DNA of 64,000 nucleotides from Parachlamydiales bacterium (GTDB lineage: Bacteria; Chlamydiota; Chlamydiia; Chlamydiales; JAJFMK01): NCBI GenBank assembly GCA_963765145.1, contig CAVXVG010000024.1, forward strand, positions 1 through 64,000, read 5' to 3'. Below, piece after piece: positions 31,173-41,300 of this stretch (positions are counted from its first letter, which is position 1; every line of letters begins with the position of its first letter). The position numbers and the translations under genes were made by a program. The notes beneath the pieces are model-generated. The model saw nothing but the letters and a program-made list of their open reading frames with translations, was not told where the DNA came from and did no database searches.

Positions 31173-31685
31173 ATGATTTTCATCTTATTTTTGTTGCTTA
31201 GTTTTTTTAATTCTAATCCTCCTGATACGTATCAAACTCCAATGCATATAAAAGTTGCTGACTCGATTCAGGAGGCGGTGGGAGACCGCCTTGCAGCGCG
31301 TCACCAAATGGAAAATATAGGTCAATGCGGAGCTCTATTTGACAAGATTAATAGTCTTGGATTTAGATTCCAGATCACTGGACCTAAAACTAAAGAAGAA
31401 TTGCGGGAAATATTAGTTGATTGTACTGAAGATTTGGTCAATGCAGTGAACCAAACTGAAGGGATTAGCCAATATCTTCCCTCTTACCCATTTACCATAG
31501 AACAAGCGGACATTGCTATTTTTCTGCGAGACAAACAAAATGGCGATCTCATTTACCCTCTATATTGCACGGCAGGCATAAATCAAGGACGCTTGCAATT
31601 TTACACCGTTGATAAATACGGAATGGGATACAAAACGAGAGAATCTGAAAGCTATGAAGAGGCTTTAAAGGCGCTTGGCAGGTAA
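31173..31685 (+). CDS. Putative immunity paralogue 3
   Basis: Nearly identical to paralogue 2, with a patch matching paralogue 1. Confidence 0.75.
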   Translation: MIFILFLLLSFFNSNPPDTYQTPMHIKVADSIQEAVGDRLAARHQMENIGQCGALFDKINSLGFRFQITGPKTKEELREILVDCTEDLVNAVNQTEGISQYLPSYPFTIEQADIAIFLRDKQNGDLIYPLYCTAGINQGRLQFYTVDKYGMGYKTRESESYEEALKALGR

Positions 31686-31686
31686 C

Positions 31687-31784
31687 CTCGCAACGCGTTT
31701 GGAGTGCTAAACTCCTGTTTAGCTTTGACTTGTCAGTGAAAGTGAAAGCGCAACAAGAGTTGCGCACTCCAAACGCTTCGCGAA
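31687..31784. repeat. REPIN-like palindrome, copy 3
   Basis: Matches copy 2, 652 bp downstream. Confidence 0.9.
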
Positions 31785-31824
31785 AAAAATTGAATCTAGC
31801 TCGTAAAACCTGGAATTGAAATTC

Positions 31825-32023
31825 ATGATTTTCATCTGATAAGGTAGGTATTGGTATTTTCCTGCGTGACAAGGAGAACGGTGATATTCTTTTTCCTCTA
31901 TATTGCGCAGCAGGTATATGTCATGGAGAGTTGGGATATTTCACGCGCGACAAGGCTGGAATGGGTTACAAAACGACCGAATACGAAAGCTATGAAGAGG
32001 CTTTAAAGGTACTTGGCAGGTAA
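31825..32023 (+). pseudogene. Internally deleted immunity paralogue 4
   Basis: ATGATTTTCATCT is joined to a frame reading DKVGIGIFLRDKENGDILFPLYCAAGICHGELGYFTRDKAGMGYKTTEYESYEEALKVLGR*. Confidence 0.85.
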
Positions 32024-32024
32024 C

Positions 32025-32121
32025 TTCGCAAAGCGTTTGGAGTGCTAAACTCCTGTTTAGCTTTGACTTATCAGTGAAAGTGAAAGCTAAACGGGCTCAG
32101 GAGCACTCCAAACGCTTCGCG
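32025..32121. repeat. REPIN-like palindrome, copy 4
   Basis: Left arm as in copy 1; right arm altered (acgggctcaggagcactcc). Confidence 0.88.
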
Positions 32122-32154
32122 GATGGGTAATGTTGCTTTAATTGGGGAAAGAAG

Positions 32155-33159
32155 ATGCCGTTGAAAATGTATGAAGAGCCAATGTCTGGCGTGAAACAGA
32201 TTGTGGCGATTGCTGCTGGAAAAGGGGGAGTGGGGAAGTCGACTGTGACGGTTGGGCTGGCTCATGCTCTGGTGGCAATGGGTTTTCGGGTGGGAATTCT
32301 GGATGCAGACGTCTATGGCCCTTCGATTCGAAAAATGGTTGGGGATGGAGAGCTGCCCTATAAGGAGGGAGACAAGCTGTTTCCGGCCATGGCAAACGGG
32401 ATAAAAGTGATGTCGATGGCCTTTTTCCGGAAGGATGGGCAGGCCGATGCGGTTCGGGCTCCTGTTGCAAGCAGTATCGTGACCCAGTTTTTAAAAGAGA
32501 TACAGTGGGGGCAGCTTGATTTTCTCCTGATCGACTTTCCACCCGGCACAGGCGATATCCAATTGACCCTCTGTCAGCAGGCTAAATTGAGGGGCGCCGT
32601 AATGGTGACAACCCCTCAGGAAGTGGCTGTCATGGATGTGAGAAAGGCGATTAACCTATTCCAAAAAGTACACGTGCCGATTTTAGGGATTGTCGAGAAC
32701 ATGAGTTATTACCTTGTGAACCAAACACCTCATTATTTGTTTGGTCAGGGAGGGGGAAAACGGTTAGCGAATGAGGTATCAGTTCCCCTTTTAGCTGACA
32801 TTCCGATCGATCCAGAAATAGGCAAAGCCATGGAAGAAGGAAGGTCTTTTTCTCACACCTCTTTTGTCACGTTGGCTAAACTCTTGGTTGGACAAACTGC
32901 AGAACGTCATGCGATCTCGTTTTACCAGAAGGATCGACACCACTTAGTCGTCGAATGGGAAAATGGAGTGCCAGAAACATACCGTTTTGCAGATCTACAA
33001 AAACGTTGTCCATGCGCTGCTTGCGACAAACCCTTAGTCGATGAAGAGGTCGGTGCGACCTCTGTGGAAGCAGTTGGCCGTTATGCCTTGAAAATCAAAT
33101 TCACTTCCGGCTGCTCAAGCGGCCTCTATCCTTTTGAGTTTCTGCATAGTTTGCGTTAG
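32155..33159 (+). CDS. mrp: Mrp/ApbC (NBP35-family) Fe-S carrier ATPase fused to a C-terminal DUF971-like domain
   Basis: GKGGVGKST, DADVYGPS, DFPPGTGD and GIVENMS motifs; C-terminal W...CPCAAC...VGRYALKIKF..G..SGLY. Confidence 0.88.
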   Translation: MPLKMYEEPMSGVKQIVAIAAGKGGVGKSTVTVGLAHALVAMGFRVGILDADVYGPSIRKMVGDGELPYKEGDKLFPAMANGIKVMSMAFFRKDGQADAVRAPVASSIVTQFLKEIQWGQLDFLLIDFPPGTGDIQLTLCQQAKLRGAVMVTTPQEVAVMDVRKAINLFQKVHVPILGIVENMSYYLVNQTPHYLFGQGGGKRLANEVSVPLLADIPIDPEIGKAMEEGRSFSHTSFVTLAKLLVGQTAERHAISFYQKDRHHLVVEWENGVPETYRFADLQKRCPCAACDKPLVDEEVGATSVEAVGRYALKIKFTSGCSSGLYPFEFLHSLR

Positions 33160-33174
33160 TTAAGCATCTTTGTA

Positions 33175-33275
33175 TTTCGCGAAGCGTTTGGAGTGCTAAA
33201 CTCCTGTTTAGCTTTCATTTTTCACTGATAAGTCAAAGCTAAACAGGAGTTTAGCACTCCAAACGCTTCGCGAAA
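33175..33275. repeat. REPIN-like palindrome, copy 5 (spacer inverted relative to copies 1-4)
   Basis: tttcgcgaagcgtttggagtgctaaac...gtttagcactccaaacgcttcgcgaaa. Confidence 0.9.
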
Positions 33276-33276
33276 A

Positions 33277-33324
33277 AAACTCCCTCTTGATTCGTATTCG
33301 AGAATCGGGAATAAAGGAATTTTT
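33277..33324 (+). promoter_or_regulatory. Putative promoter/operator upstream of nuoA, shared with nuoF
   Basis: aaactccctcTTGATTcgtattcgagaatcgggaataaaggaattt contains a TTGATT -35-like hexamer and a GATTC-N8-GAATC dyad; a near copy lies at 49195-49235. Confidence 0.55.
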
Positions 33325-33678
33325 ATGTCCGATTATGACTCGCTCTACCTTTATTTAGGTTTCATCGCCTTAGTGACACTTCTTGTTGTCTCTCTTTCTG
33401 CCCTTTTTCCTGCCAGAAAAAACAAGGTGAAGTCGATGCCTTACGAATCGGGCATGTTGACTCAAACCCATCTATTGCAAGAGCGATTCCCCCTTCAACA
33501 CTATCTTGTCGGCCTGATTTTCTTGATATTAGATGTTGAGGTTGTGTTCCTTTATCCGTGGGCTGTTGTAGGCAAATCGATCGGAGCTTTTGCTTTTTGG
33601 GAAATGGCCTTTTTTTTAGTCGCCCTTTTAGTTGGGTTTACCTACGTTTGGAAAAAAGGAGGGTTAAAATGGGAATGA
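33325..33678 (+). CDS. nuoA: NADH-quinone oxidoreductase subunit A
   Basis: [19 protein letters not shown] and KKGGLKWE motifs. Confidence 0.95.
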   Translation: MSDYDSLYLYLGFIALVTLLVVSLSALFPARKNKVKSMPYESGMLTQTHLLQERFPLQHYLVGLIFLILDVEVVFLYPWAVVGKSIGAFAFWEMAFFLVALLVGFTYVWKKGGLKWE

Positions 33679-34160
33679 CACCGAAAGAAAAATCGCCATT
33701 CTTAGTGGCGCCACTCGGTAAATTGATCAATTGGATGAGGGCCAACTCGTTATGGCCGGCTCAATTTGGTCTGGCATGCTGCGCCATCGAAATGATGTCG
33801 ACAGCAGGCTCTCGTTATGACATGGCCCGCTTTGGAATGGAGGTATTTCGCGCATCGCCAAGACAAAGCGATGTGATGATTGTCGCCGGTCGCTTAAGCC
33901 AAAAAATGGCCCCTGTTTTAGAGACCGTTTACGACCAGATGTTAGAGCCAAAATGGATCGTGGCAATGGGAGACTGCGCCTCAACGGGCGGCATTTACAA
34001 CAATTATGCCGTCGTCCCTGTCGATCGTGTCGTGCCGAAAGTCGATGTCTATGTGGCAGGATGTCCACCTCGTCCTGAGGCCCTTTTAAATGGGCTGATT
34101 TTATTGCAAAAGAAGATCAAAAAAGATGACAACCTCTTTGGGTGGCATGAAAGTACTTGA
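33669..34160 (+). CDS. nuoB: NADH-quinone oxidoreductase subunit B
   Basis: [19 protein letters not shown] and GCPPRPEAL motifs. Confidence 0.97.
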   Translation: MGMTPKEKSPFLVAPLGKLINWMRANSLWPAQFGLACCAIEMMSTAGSRYDMARFGMEVFRASPRQSDVMIVAGRLSQKMAPVLETVYDQMLEPKWIVAMGDCASTGGIYNNYAVVPVDRVVPKVDVYVAGCPPRPEALLNGLILLQKKIKKDDNLFGWHEST

Positions 34161-34569
34161 AGTAAAGAAAGAGGGCTTAATTGATCTGCTGACATCATTA
34201 AAAAATGAAGGCTATGCAGTTTTGATCGATCAAACAGCTACCGATTACATCACAGAAACAAAAGTTCACTATCTTCTCCGTAATCCGGCCACTAATGAAA
34301 GAGTGCGAGTGGTTGTAGTCATAATGAGAGGGGAAAAATTGCCTACAGTTACCGATCTGTGGCCTGGTGCTAATTGGTATGAAAGAGAGCTGTACGATAT
34401 GTTTGGAGTCGGTTTTTTAGGCCATCCCGATTTGAAGCGGATCTTAATGCCCGACAATTGGGAAGGTCATCCGATGCGTCGCGACTATCCTCTCATGGAA
34501 GAACCTGTTCAGTTTAAACATGGGGTAGAACCCAAATGTCCTTCGGAGATCATTCCTCATGTTAAATGA
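34147..34569 (+). CDS. nuoC: NADH-quinone oxidoreductase subunit C
   Basis: [13 protein letters not shown]...GHPMRRDYP. Confidence 0.95.
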   Translation: MKVLEVKKEGLIDLLTSLKNEGYAVLIDQTATDYITETKVHYLLRNPATNERVRVVVVIMRGEKLPTVTDLWPGANWYERELYDMFGVGFLGHPDLKRILMPDNWEGHPMRRDYPLMEEPVQFKHGVEPKCPSEIIPHVK

Positions 34570-35740
34570 TCTGCACGACGATATCTTAGAGTTGAATCTC
34601 GGGCCGCAACACCCTTCGACCCATGGTGTCTTGAGGCTAAAGCTTCGTTTAAAAGGGGAAGAGGTTGTTTCTGCCGAACCTGTCATCGGTTATTTGCATA
34701 CTGGCATCGAAAAAGAGTGTGAAACAAGAACCTACATGCAGGTCTTCACCCTTGTCGATCGGATCGATTACCTCTCAGGCCCTGCGGAAGAGCAAGGGTA
34801 TGCGGGCACTGTTGAGCAGTTGATGGGGTTGCAAGTGCCAGAGCGTGCGCAGCACATTCGGGTGATATTGCTAGAGCTTGCCCGGATTGCAAGCCACTTA
34901 GTGTGGATTGGGACAAGCGCGCTTGAGCTGAACATGTCTTCCATCTACATGTATGCCTTTGCAGAAAGGGAAAAGATACTCGATCTGTTTGAAGAGATGT
35001 CGGGTGCCAGGATGTTTCCCTCCTGTTGGCGTGTCGGAGGGCTTGCCTACGATTTAGACCCCCATTTTGAAGAGAATACCAGGCGGTTTTTGAAAGATTT
35101 TCCACGGACATGGAAAGATTTAGATGCCCTGTTAACCGACAATTATGTCTGGCGTACACGTCTTGAAGGAGTCGCAATCATCGATAAAAAGCTGTGCGAA
35201 GCCTACATGTGCACAGGGCCTGTGATCCGCGGCGCAGGTGTTCCATATGATATCCGTAAAGTCTATCCCTATTTAACCTACAACGAATACTCCTTTGATA
35301 TTCCGACACAACCAGAGGGGGATGCTTTTGCCCGCTACATGGTACGGATGGAAGAGATGAAAGTAAGCGCCTCTATCGTAGAGCAGGCACTCGGCAAATT
35401 GAAGCCGGGCCCCGTCATTGTCGACGACCGAAAAGTAGCGCTTCCTCCAAGGAGAGAGTTGGTGCGGAGTATGGAGGCGGTGATCCATCAGTTTAAGTTG
35501 GTCAGCTCCGGGATCCATCCTCCTGTAGGTGAAGTCTACAGCTGTGTTGAGTCGGCAAGAGGGGAAATTGGCTACTATCTGGTTAGCGACGGAAGCAATA
35601 AGCCTTACCGTGTCAGGGTACGCTCTCCCTCTTTTCCTCACATTCAAGTTCTCAAAGAGGTATTAAAGGGGTATTTGCTTTCAGATGTCGTAGTGGCCAT
35701 TGCCAGTGTCGATCCAATTTTGGGAGATGTAGACCGATGA
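34559..35740 (+). CDS. nuoD: NADH-quinone oxidoreductase subunit D
   Basis: [16 protein letters not shown]-terminal GDVDR. Confidence 0.97.
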   Translation: MLNDLHDDILELNLGPQHPSTHGVLRLKLRLKGEEVVSAEPVIGYLHTGIEKECETRTYMQVFTLVDRIDYLSGPAEEQGYAGTVEQLMGLQVPERAQHIRVILLELARIASHLVWIGTSALELNMSSIYMYAFAEREKILDLFEEMSGARMFPSCWRVGGLAYDLDPHFEENTRRFLKDFPRTWKDLDALLTDNYVWRTRLEGVAIIDKKLCEAYMCTGPVIRGAGVPYDIRKVYPYLTYNEYSFDIPTQPEGDAFARYMVRMEEMKVSASIVEQALGKLKPGPVIVDDRKVALPPRRELVRSMEAVIHQFKLVSSGIHPPVGEVYSCVESARGEIGYYLVSDGSNKPYRVRVRSPSFPHIQVLKEVLKGYLLSDVVVAIASVDPILGDVDR

Positions 35741-36207
35741 AAAATGAAATCAAAGAAGCCATTCTTCAACTGCAAAAAAAATACCCAGAAAGCCGGTCAG
35801 CGCTGATTCCTGCCCTCCATTTAGCCCAAGAGGAATTTGGCTATCTACCCGAAGCCATTCAGCAAGAGGTGGCCGATCTGTTTGGTATTGCTTTGAACGA
35901 AGTGAACGCCGTCGTGACTTTCTACGATATGTTCTTTACCAAACCTGTCGGAAAACACCTGATTCATGTGTGTAAAAATGCCTCTTGTATGCTACGAGGA
36001 AGCGATCCTCTTTTAAAAAAGATGTGCGAAAAGCTCAATATCCAACCGGGTGAGACAACTGCAGACGGTCAGTTCACCGTCCTTCCTTCCGAATGCCTTG
36101 GCGCCTGCGACCGTGCCCCCATGATGATCGTCAATGAAGAGGTTGTAGGGCCCGTCAAAGAAGAAGAGATCGACCAGATCCTTAGGGAGGCTAAACAGCA
36201 AGTGTGA
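35737..36207 (+). CDS. nuoE: NADH-quinone oxidoreductase subunit E
   Basis: CKNASC...ECLGAC 2Fe-2S motif. Confidence 0.96.
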   Translation: MKNEIKEAILQLQKKYPESRSALIPALHLAQEEFGYLPEAIQQEVADLFGIALNEVNAVVTFYDMFFTKPVGKHLIHVCKNASCMLRGSDPLLKKMCEKLNIQPGETTADGQFTVLPSECLGACDRAPMMIVNEEVVGPVKEEEIDQILREAKQQV

Positions 36208-36230
36208 GATGCTTACCTTTGGTGGGGTGG

Positions 36231-37193
36231 TTATAACAATGAGCGTAGGCTATTTAAGCGCTCCTTAACTTGATGCCAAGTTGGATATTTTCCAAAGCAT
36301 AGTATGCGGCACTGCTTTTCGAATTCTGAGGAAATCATCTCTTCCAATTCTCCTGAGGGAAATAAGGCGTCGCTTTTTGAGAATCTCATGTCAGGTGGTG
36401 GTATGTAACTTGCTTTGAAAAATTCACTGCTGACACTGTCGTAATCAATCTTAATTGTCTCATATTCACTAGACCGAAGCATGTCATGAACTTCTAGACG
36501 CTCCGCTAAGCAATATAAATCATAGTAATGGCGAGCATATCCACCAATCCCTATTCCAGATCTTTTAAATGTTTCAACTTTGGCATGGATAGCAAACATC
36601 TTTTCTACAAAGGTTCGCCGAAAGTGCAACAGCCGCATCTCAAACGGCTCCTCATCCTCTGCTCCAAGACTAATGTCTGTTTCATGAAGGAATTGCCCCA
36701 CATAGGATTGCAGTTTTATGGTGTTAGTAGGTTCTTTGCCACTTGCAGTGCCGACTTCAACAAGCACGCGATTGCGAATTTCCCCAGCTCCGGCAAACTT
36801 TTGAGGGTATTCGAAATGGTCAGCACGTCCAAAACCACCAATAGTTTGACTTTCCTCCTCGATAAACTTCAGCCTGGGATGTTTTTCAATAGCTTGTCGC
36901 AGGCTCTTTAACTCACGATTAATGGCGTTTTTTCCTAAGCGAGGATCAAAAGCCATCGGGTCAAAAAAAATATCAATGTCTTCAGAAAATCTTTGTATGA
37001 GGTCCCACCCTTTCGAAAGGCTTGTCCCACCTTTAAAAAGTACCTTGTCTCCAACGGTCTGATTGATAACGCGCAATGCTTCAGTTACGTAGTAGTCCTT
37101 TTCGATCATAGCTTCACGCATGCCCAACAAGCTAAAATGCTCTGTAGCACGAGTGATGGCCTGCTCAAAATCTTCGTGTTCAAATAGCTTCAT
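36231..37193 (-). CDS. Nucleotidyltransferase, AbiEii/AbiGii toxin family (type IV toxin-antitoxin)
   Basis: IEKDYYV, FKGGTSLSK, RFSEDID, TFVEK and RHYYD motifs. Confidence 0.92.
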   Translation of the reverse strand: MKLFEHEDFEQAITRATEHFSLLGMREAMIEKDYYVTEALRVINQTVGDKVLFKGGTSLSKGWDLIQRFSEDIDIFFDPMAFDPRLGKNAINRELKSLRQAIEKHPRLKFIEEESQTIGGFGRADHFEYPQKFAGAGEIRNRVLVEVGTASGKEPTNTIKLQSYVGQFLHETDISLGAEDEEPFEMRLLHFRRTFVEKMFAIHAKVETFKRSGIGIGGYARHYYDLYCLAERLEVHDMLRSSEYETIKIDYDSVSSEFFKASYIPPPDMRFSKSDALFPSGELEEMISSEFEKQCRILCFGKYPTWHQVKERLNSLRSLL

Positions 37194-37941
37194 GAAGATT
37201 CCGCTCCTTTGCTTGCCACTGTTTAGCATATTTTAAAGCTGATAAATTACCAAAATCAAACCTAGAAAGTGGGTTAAGGCTTTTTCTCAGATAACGAAGT
37301 TGTTGCTCAGAGCGTCCAAGTTGTTGTCCTATTGCACCAAAAATTGCGCGAACGCGAGGCGGTTCTAATATAGCAACTTTAAGAAGGCGGTCGAATTGCG
37401 CTGATTCACGAAAGCACTCGAGTAACTTACTAACCGTACCATTGGATGAGAGTTCACTAGTCAACCCACGGTTGCGAATGAAATCTAGAATGGCTGCATC
37501 TCTAGAAGAAAGTTTTTGCCATGCCTCAGGACGCCTAGTGTGTATGATAGTATCTTTTCCAACGATTTGACGAGGCAGGCTGAGTCCTGTTGTAGCTATC
37601 TCTATTCTTGCTGGGTTCTGCGAGCTAAACCCGAGCAAATTTGCTGCTGCATGCCCTGCAGGAAAGACTTTTCTGCCGGATATGGGTAAGGCACGGATCA
37701 AATTACTACTAACTGTGCTTTGTCCAAATACGGTTGGCCTTGGCCTATAGTATAAGCCTTTACCAATACGCTGAATAATTCCTTTGCGAGATAGACGAGA
37801 TAATGCTTGCGCTGTTGCAGTAAATGATAACTTTTCAAAGTCAGCTAAGCGCCAAACTCTCTCTCCTTCTGCTTCAATGCGAAGAAGGACTTTTTCAGCA
37901 ATGCTTCTTGCTGGTCTAGTTTTCTTTCCTTTATCTCTCAT
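37180..37941 (-). CDS. AbiEi/DUF6088-like antitoxin (wHTH)
   Basis: ALSRLSRKGIIQRIGKGLYYRP and AANLLGFSSQNP; overlaps the start of the toxin gene. Confidence 0.85.
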   Translation of the reverse strand: MRDKGKKTRPARSIAEKVLLRIEAEGERVWRLADFEKLSFTATAQALSRLSRKGIIQRIGKGLYYRPRPTVFGQSTVSSNLIRALPISGRKVFPAGHAAANLLGFSSQNPARIEIATTGLSLPRQIVGKDTIIHTRRPEAWQKLSSRDAAILDFIRNRGLTSELSSNGTVSKLLECFRESAQFDRLLKVAILEPPRVRAIFGAIGQQLGRSEQQLRYLRKSLNPLSRFDFGNLSALKYAKQWQAKERNLHEAI

Positions 37942-38060
37942 ATCAATTCTGATTTTGCCCCAGTCGGGTTATAGTGTCAAGTTTTTCAGCAAAAAAACAT
38001 GACATAACTGCAATGATTAACAAGTGTAACCAGTTTGATTTAAGGTGCTTTAACTGTTTA

Positions 38061-38294
38061 ATGTTAGATGTAGTCGAAGTGTTAACTGATTCCACGAATC
38101 CTCGTAGATATTGGTCGGATCTTAAATCTCAAATCGCTAATTTTGAGGGCTTTGATCAGTTGTACGAAAAAATCGTACAGTTGAAATTAGTGGCTCAAGA
38201 TGGAAAAATGCGAGAAACCGACACGGTATTTCGTGTCATTCAATCGATTCTTTCACCAAAAGCGGAACCTTTGGAGTTCTGCTGTGAAATGTGA
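38061..38294 (+). pseudogene. Bro-N-domain gene remnant
   Basis: DVVEVLTDS..PRRYWSDLK...QLKL.A.DGKMRETD...RVIQSI.SPKAEP; both ends are missing. Confidence 0.75.
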
Positions 38295-38321
38295 AACTCC
38301 CTCTTGATTCATATTCGAGAG

Positions 38322-41300
38322 TCAAACATCTGAAGAAAGAAGACCTTCATTGAGTTCGCTCTGTCTATGACTTCTAAGCGGGAAACTGTTTGGAAACTGT
38401 ATTTTTCCAAACCATCTTTCAAACCGGCCGGTTGATAATTCTTCTTCCTGATCACTATCTTCGGTTGGCCGAGGGGATAAGCTCGGTAAGCAGTTTCTGC
38501 ATTTTGCAATCAGATCATCTGATTGCGGATCCAAAGGATCAGGAGCGTCTGCCGATTCTTTTATCATCAGGACAAACTCCTCTAGATAGCGACCATCCTT
38601 ACCAATGAAACGGATCGTGTACTTACCAGGTTTGGTTGGAGTGCCTTCCAGTCGGTTATCGGTGTAGCTCAAGCCTTTAGGAAGCAACTCTCCTTGCGCT
38701 AAGGGGTGGTTATTTTGAAAGGCCCTTACTTCTTTGATTCGAGCTTCATCAATAGTAATTGCTCTTTCGTATCTCTCATTAACAACTGTTCGTTCTGTTG
38801 CTTTTCTGTATTTTTTTGTCAGAAAATAGTTCCAGATCAAATGCCGCTTTTGGATGGCGCCAAATAGTGAAATACCCACAGAGCCGACAGTTAAGCTTGT
38901 TTTGAGGAAAAATGCCCAAAAGGACTCTCCGGTAACAAATAAATCAAAAGTTGTCTTCGCGCTTCCGGTGCCATCTCGGGCAAAAACTTCTATTTTATAG
39001 GTTCGGCTAGCAAAGGCATCGGTATCAAACCAATCGGGTGTTCCTGAAAGGTCTTTTTTTACCGGGTCCCAACGGAGCCAACCGGGTAAAGGAAGTCCTC
39101 CTGCTAGATAGACAGAAATTTCGAGTTCATCGCCATTCGCATCAAAAAAGGTATTTGCAGGTATTGGGTAGACAAACGGCTTGTCAACCTCCGCAACCCC
39201 ATCCAGGAGAGGATTTAATACAATGGGAGGATAGTTGGTTGAGTCGACAACAGCAAAAGAAAAAGTGTCGATAGCAAAAGCCCCTAGGGGGTCGTATGCT
39301 CGGACGCTGATCCGTAAACTTTGAGGCTCGGGCGGTGTGCCCGAAAATGTTCTCGTTGCGGAATCAAAAAGCATCCAGGCAGGGATTGGATCGCCGGATT
39401 CTAAAGCCACTTCATACCTTAAAAGATCATCGGATCCATCCGGATCTGTGAAGGTATTGGCAGAAAATGTGTAAGAAAAATACTCGCCAGCATTGACCTT
39501 TTGGTCGGGGATTTCCCTGTTCACAAGCGGCGGGTTATTATTAGATGAGCTGAGCACCGTGATATCGAATCGAGTAGAGACTTTTTCACCGAAGGGATCA
39601 ACTGCGGTTACAACTACGGCTAAGGTTCCACCCATTGTCGGCAAACCTGAAAACGTTCTTGTAGCCGGATCAAAGCTAAGCCAATTAGGAAGAGGTCCGC
39701 TCGACGAACTTGCAGAAAGGGATAAAGTTTGTCCATCCACATCGTAAAAAGTGTTGGTATTGATTGTCGCTCTAAACTCTATTCCCACACTTGCAAGTTT
39801 GCTATCGATTGGATTGAGGACAATCGGCGGGCTATTTGGAACAGTGATCGAAAACTGAGCGGTTGCTTTCCCTCCATATCCATCCTCCGCTATCAATTCA
39901 ATTTGATAATTCGCAAAGCCAAAAGGGGTGCCATAGAACCGTCTTAAAGCTGAATCTAAGGCTAACCAGCCTGGAAGCACTTCGCTGCCGACTAATCTTG
40001 CTCGATACGAGATCGTATCTAAGTCTAAATCGACGAAAGTGTCTGCTGGAAAGGCATACTCAAAAAATTGACCTGTATAGGCAGTTTGATTACCTAAGGG
40101 GTTTTCGAGGAGTGGGGGACGATCAGGAACTTCGATATTGAAAGATGCAGTTACAGTTTTCCCATACCCATTATCGGCTTTGACTTGAATTTGATAGACG
40201 TTTTGATCTCCTGAAAATGGTGTCCCATGAAATGTTAAAGTTAAAGGATCGAATTGCAACCAATCGGGTAATGACATTCCACCAATTAGAGTTGCAGTGT
40301 ATGTGAAGGGTGAATTCGGGTAATCAAAAGTATTAGGATCAAGAGTAAACAACAAAGACGAACCGACATAGACAGTCTGTTTGGGAATCGAGTTGACTGC
40401 AATAGATCCCACGTTGATGGGAAGCTTAGCAACCGCTTCATGACCTCCGCTATCTTTAGCGACGACATCAAGCAATTGTAACCCTCGGTCAGAAGAACTA
40501 GGTCTACCGGACAACACTCTTTTTGCGACATCTACACTCTTATAACCGCTTGCACGTTCAGCAACAAATAAGGTGTTTCCTTTTAAATCCAATTTTACGT
40601 TAGTCCCATCACTTAAAATGTTCGCGGAAGCAGCTTCAACAACTGGGTTTGAAGGGGAGTTTAAATTAATGACTCTGATTGTATTCTTATCATATGCATA
40701 AACTAAATTTCCTAAGATAGATACTGCTGTAAGCTGGAGACTTCTAAGAGGAACTCCTTCAATAAAAGGATTGTTTTTATTGGAAATATTGATGAGCAAC
40801 AAACCATTGTACGTTTGAGCAATGCAGGCGTAATCGCCATTGACATCAATATCCAAGGGCACATCAAGTTGAGTAGTTAAAGAGCTTTTTAAAGTCGGAT
40901 TTTTCGGATTTGTAATATCATAAATAAACAGAAGTTGAGCATTATTTGAGTGTCCAGTTAAATATATGTAGTTCCCATCAACTTTTATTAGTGGACTAGA
41001 AAGACCCTGGTATATTCCTGCAACTTGTTGCATATTTGAAGGGTTACTAATGTCAAAGATTTTAATATCATCGCTCCCCACTAATCCTCCACCAACTAGA
41101 AAAGCATAATCACCTTGGATCTCTAGATCATTAGCATTAATGGAATTCCTCGACATAATCTTTGGATTTGCTGGATCACTTATGTCTACGGATGTAAATG
41201 TTGAAGACCCTAAATACGCATAATCGCCAGCAACTTTAATATATATACAATTGCCAAGCGAATTCAACTCGCTCACCAATATCGGTTGAGAATCAATACT

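Noticed and set aside
31825..32023. Diversity-generating retroelement template repeat
   Set aside because: Differences from the paralogues are not confined to adenines and no reverse transcriptase is present; an internal deletion explains it.
30383..32121. CRISPR array or integron cassette array
   Set aside because: The repeats are about 98-bp palindromes spaced by whole paralogous genes. No cas or intI gene is in the window, and the RYYYAAC/GTTRRRY attC ends are not present.
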